Shown: one piece after another, positions 16,474 through 18,934 of the stretch
Numbering within the stretch: the stretch's first letter is position 1
Layout: every line of letters starts with the position of its first letter
NCBI GenBank assembly: GCA_046757525.1
Contig: JBHHYI010000080.1
Coordinates: 1-18,934 of the forward strand
From: a bacterium
GTDB lineage: Bacteria > Zhuqueibacterota > Zhuqueibacteria > Oceanimicrobiales > Oceanimicrobiaceae
DNA: 18,934 nt
Reading direction: 5' to 3'
Position numbers and translations under genes: made by a program
The notes under the pieces: generated by a model
Databases searched by the model: none
The model's input: the letters and a program-made list of their open reading frames with translations, nothing else
What the model was told of the DNA's origin: nothing

Positions 16474-16716
16474 ATGGCTTTAGACGAAAAAGTGAAAGAG
16501 ATCATCGTGGAACAATTGGGTGTGGATGCCAACGAAGTTTCCAATGAGGCTTCATTCATTGACGATCTCGGTGCCGATTCATTGGACACGGTTGAGCTGG
16601 TTATGGCCTTCGAGGAAGAATTCGACATCGAAATTCCCGACGAAGATGCGGAAAAACTCACCACGGTTGGTCAGGCAATTGAATACTTAGAAACAAAATT
16701 ACAAGAAAAAGAGTAG
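16474..16716 (+). CDS. acpP: Acyl carrier protein
   Basis: [50 protein letters not shown] 7 nt before ATG16474. Confidence 0.98.
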   Translation: MALDEKVKEIIVEQLGVDANEVSNEASFIDDLGADSLDTVELVMAFEEEFDIEIPDEDAEKLTTVGQAIEYLETKLQEKE

Positions 16717-16719
16717 GAA

Positions 16720-16744
16720 AAGTCCCGTCGTTTTGACGGGGCTT
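16720..16744 (+). terminator. Stem-loop after acpP (partial terminator or mRNA stabiliser)
   Basis: AAGTCCCGTC-gtttt-GACGGGGCTT, 10-bp stem just after the acpP stop; only a weak U-tract. Confidence 0.5.
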
Positions 16745-16821
16745 CCCTGATCAAACGGCGACCTTCTTGGAGAGGGTTAGCGTTTGTTCGGTTTCGAAAG
16801 ATTAGCCACACAGTCATTCTT

Positions 16822-18066
16822 ATGCAAGACCGTAAAGTTGTTGTCACTGGCCTGGGAGTCATCTCGCCTCTGGGACTGACGCTTGAGGATTTTTGGGCAA
16901 ATCTCTTAGCTGGTAAAAGTGGTATCGATTTTATTACGAAATTCGATACCACCGAATTCGACACAAAATTCGGCGGAGAGGTCAAAGGATTTGAACCCGG
17001 GGATTACATGGACCGCAAGGAAGTCAAACGCATGGATCTCTTCACCCAATACGCCATAGCTGCGGCCAACAATGCGGTGAAACATGCCGGCCTGAATTTT
17101 GATTTAGAAAACAAGGAACGCATTGGCGTCATCGTAAGTTCTGGCATCGGGGGCATGGCCACATTTGAGAAACAATCACGCAATCTCATCGAAAAAGGGC
17201 CACGCCGGATCAGCCCTTTTTTTATTCCCATGTTGATTTCGGATATTGCGCCTGGTTATATCTCCATTCGATACGGATTACAGGGGCCAAATTTTTCAAC
17301 CGTCTCTGCTTGTGCCTCCAGTTCCCACGCCCTTGGCGAGGCCTGTCGCATGATCCAACGTGGCGACGCGGACGTCATGATTTGTGGCGGGGCTGAAGCC
17401 ACCATCACGCCGCTGGGCGTTGGCGGCTTCAATGCCATGAGAGCTCTTTCCACGCGCAACGATGCCCCCCAAAAAGCGAGTCGGCCCTTTGACCGGGAAC
17501 GGGATGGCTTCGTCATGGGAGAAGGAGCCGGCATCGTGGTGCTGGAAAGCTACGAACATGCCTCCGACCGTGGGGCTGAGATTTTTGCTGAATTCGCCGG
17601 CGTGGGCTATTCTGCCGATGCCTACCACATCACGGCTCCAGAACCCAGCGGCGCCGGGGCGATCCTGGCCATGCAGCTCGCCCTCAAAAACGCCCACTTG
17701 ACCCCGCAGCAGATCGATTACGTCAATACCCACGGCACCTCTACGCCGTACGGCGATGTGGCCGAGACGCAAGCGATCAAAAAAGTCTTCGGCGAGCACG
17801 CCTACAAATTGAGCATCAATTCGACCAAGTCCATGACCGGACATTTATTGGGCGCCTCAGGCGGCATGGAATTTATTACCACCGTGATGTCCATCACCGA
17901 GAACATGGTTCACCCGACCATAAACCAGGAAGTTCCGGACCCTGAGTGTGATTTGGATTACACAGCAAACGAACCTAAGAGAAAAGACGTGAGAGCTGCA
18001 ATTTCAAATTCTTTTGGCTTTGGGGGACACAATGTAACGATCGTATTAAAAAAATTCGGATTATAA
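16822..18066 (+). CDS. fabF: Beta-ketoacyl-ACP synthase II
   Basis: VVVTGLG, SPFFIPM, catalytic Cys (SACASS), RPFD..RDGFVMGEGAG, His (THGTST), His (KSMTGHLLGA), NSFGFGGHN. Confidence 0.98.
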   Translation: MQDRKVVVTGLGVISPLGLTLEDFWANLLAGKSGIDFITKFDTTEFDTKFGGEVKGFEPGDYMDRKEVKRMDLFTQYAIAAANNAVKHAGLNFDLENKERIGVIVSSGIGGMATFEKQSRNLIEKGPRRISPFFIPMLISDIAPGYISIRYGLQGPNFSTVSACASSSHALGEACRMIQRGDADVMICGGAEATITPLGVGGFNAMRALSTRNDAPQKASRPFDRERDGFVMGEGAGIVVLESYEHASDRGAEIFAEFAGVGYSADAYHITAPEPSGAGAILAMQLALKNAHLTPQQIDYVNTHGTSTPYGDVAETQAIKKVFGEHAYKLSINSTKSMTGHLLGASGGMEFITTVMSITENMVHPTINQEVPDPECDLDYTANEPKRKDVRAAISNSFGFGGHNVTIVLKKFGL

Positions 18067-18096
18067 AACACAACCAAACTTAGCTTTCAACTCGGT

Positions 18097-18852
18097 ATGC
18101 TCAACTGGATTCCCAACTCGTTTAAGAAGATTTTCTCATCCACCCATCACAAAAATCTGCAAATCGATTTCTCTTCCCTCAAAATGATGCTGGGCTACGA
18201 ATTCAAGAATGAACAACTTCTGGTACAGTCTTTAAAACACCGTTCCATCCTGCCGGTCACTCATGAAGACCGCATCAACTCCAACGAACGCCTGGAGCTG
18301 CTTGGCGACGCCGTGTTGGGGCTGGTGGTGGTGGATTTCTTGTACCAGCGCTACACCCACAAAGAAGAAGGAGAACTCACCAGCATGAAATCGCTCCTGG
18401 TGAGCCGCAGAATCCTGGCGCGCATCGCCAGGGCGCTGGAGCTGGGAAAATACATTCTGCTCAGCGACTCAGAGGAGAAATCCGGCGGCCGCAACCGAGC
18501 TTCGATCATTGCCGATGCGTTGGAAGCGGTCATTGGCGCCATCTACCTCGATGGCGGACTGGTTCAAGCACGCGAGTTTATCGAAAACAAACTCCTCAGC
18601 AGCTTCGATGAAATCATCTCCGAAGACCTGCACAAGAACTTCAAAAGCATGCTCCTGGAGTACGCCCAAAGCCAAAACATTGGAGTCCCCTCCTACCATG
18701 TGCAGGCCGTAGATGGCCCGGACCATGAGAAAATCTTCACCGTGGCAGTCAAAATCCAGAACGACGTCCTCGGCGTCGGCACCGGCAACAGCAAAAAGCG
18801 AGCCGAACAAAAAGCCGCCCAGGAGGCCCTGCGCAGTCTTTATCTGATCTGA
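18097..18852 (+). CDS. rnc: Ribonuclease III
   Basis: LKHRS, signature NERLELLGDAVLG, EGELT, ADALEAVIGAIYLDGG, dsRBD (KSMLLEYAQ, GPDHEKIF, G.G.SKK.AEQ.AA). Confidence 0.97.
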   Translation: MLNWIPNSFKKIFSSTHHKNLQIDFSSLKMMLGYEFKNEQLLVQSLKHRSILPVTHEDRINSNERLELLGDAVLGLVVVDFLYQRYTHKEEGELTSMKSLLVSRRILARIARALELGKYILLSDSEEKSGGRNRASIIADALEAVIGAIYLDGGLVQAREFIENKLLSSFDEIISEDLHKNFKSMLLEYAQSQNIGVPSYHVQAVDGPDHEKIFTVAVKIQNDVLGVGTGNSKKRAEQKAAQEALRSLYLI

Positions 18853-18880
18853 TTGTTGAATATGCTTCATAGGAGCCACC

Positions 18881-18906
18881 GCAATCCGGTGCAACCGGAT
18901 TGCTTT
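18881..18906 (+). other. Perfect hairpin downstream of rnc (terminator or REP-like unit)
   Basis: GCAATCCGGT-gca-ACCGGATTGC (10-bp stem) followed by TTT and preceded by TAGGAGCCACC. Confidence 0.55.
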
Positions 18907-18934
18907 AAATGTCGGAAACGCCAAAGGCAGCCCT

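Noticed and set aside
11617..18852. Fatty-acid genes as a secondary-metabolite (type II PKS) cluster
   Set aside because: The order yceD-rpmF-plsX-fabH-fabD-fabG-acpP-fabF-rnc is the standard housekeeping arrangement, with no chain-length factor or tailoring genes.

Overview
Bacterial chromosomal segment with 19 protein-coding genes and no tRNA, rRNA, CRISPR array or transposase. Left to right: an inverted pair of REP-like palindromes (1-129); a heterodimeric ABC exporter pair; a hypothetical lipoprotein; a convergent orphan OmpR/PhoB-type regulator with a degenerate receiver domain, preceded by a near-consensus sigma54 promoter and a candidate enhancer array; a probable operon arcE-like (arginine synthetase/COG2403)-arcC-sucC-sucD-ndk-SPOR lipoprotein; and the conserved yceD-rpmF-plsX-fabH-fabD-fabG-acpP-fabF-rnc cluster. 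Most notable: (1) an arginine-synthetase-type gene and carbamate kinase joined to succinyl-CoA synthetase and NDP kinase with no adjacent ornithine transcarbamylase; (2) two genes (fabD, first ABC subunit) whose expected N-termini can only be made from non-canonical ATT/ATC starts, plus four TTG/GTG starts; (3) a sigma54-driven atypical response regulator; (4) a MITE-like element with a nested palindrome between fabG and acpP; (5) a three-copy intergenic motif in the fab operon. All protein assignments come from recognised motifs; no searches were run.
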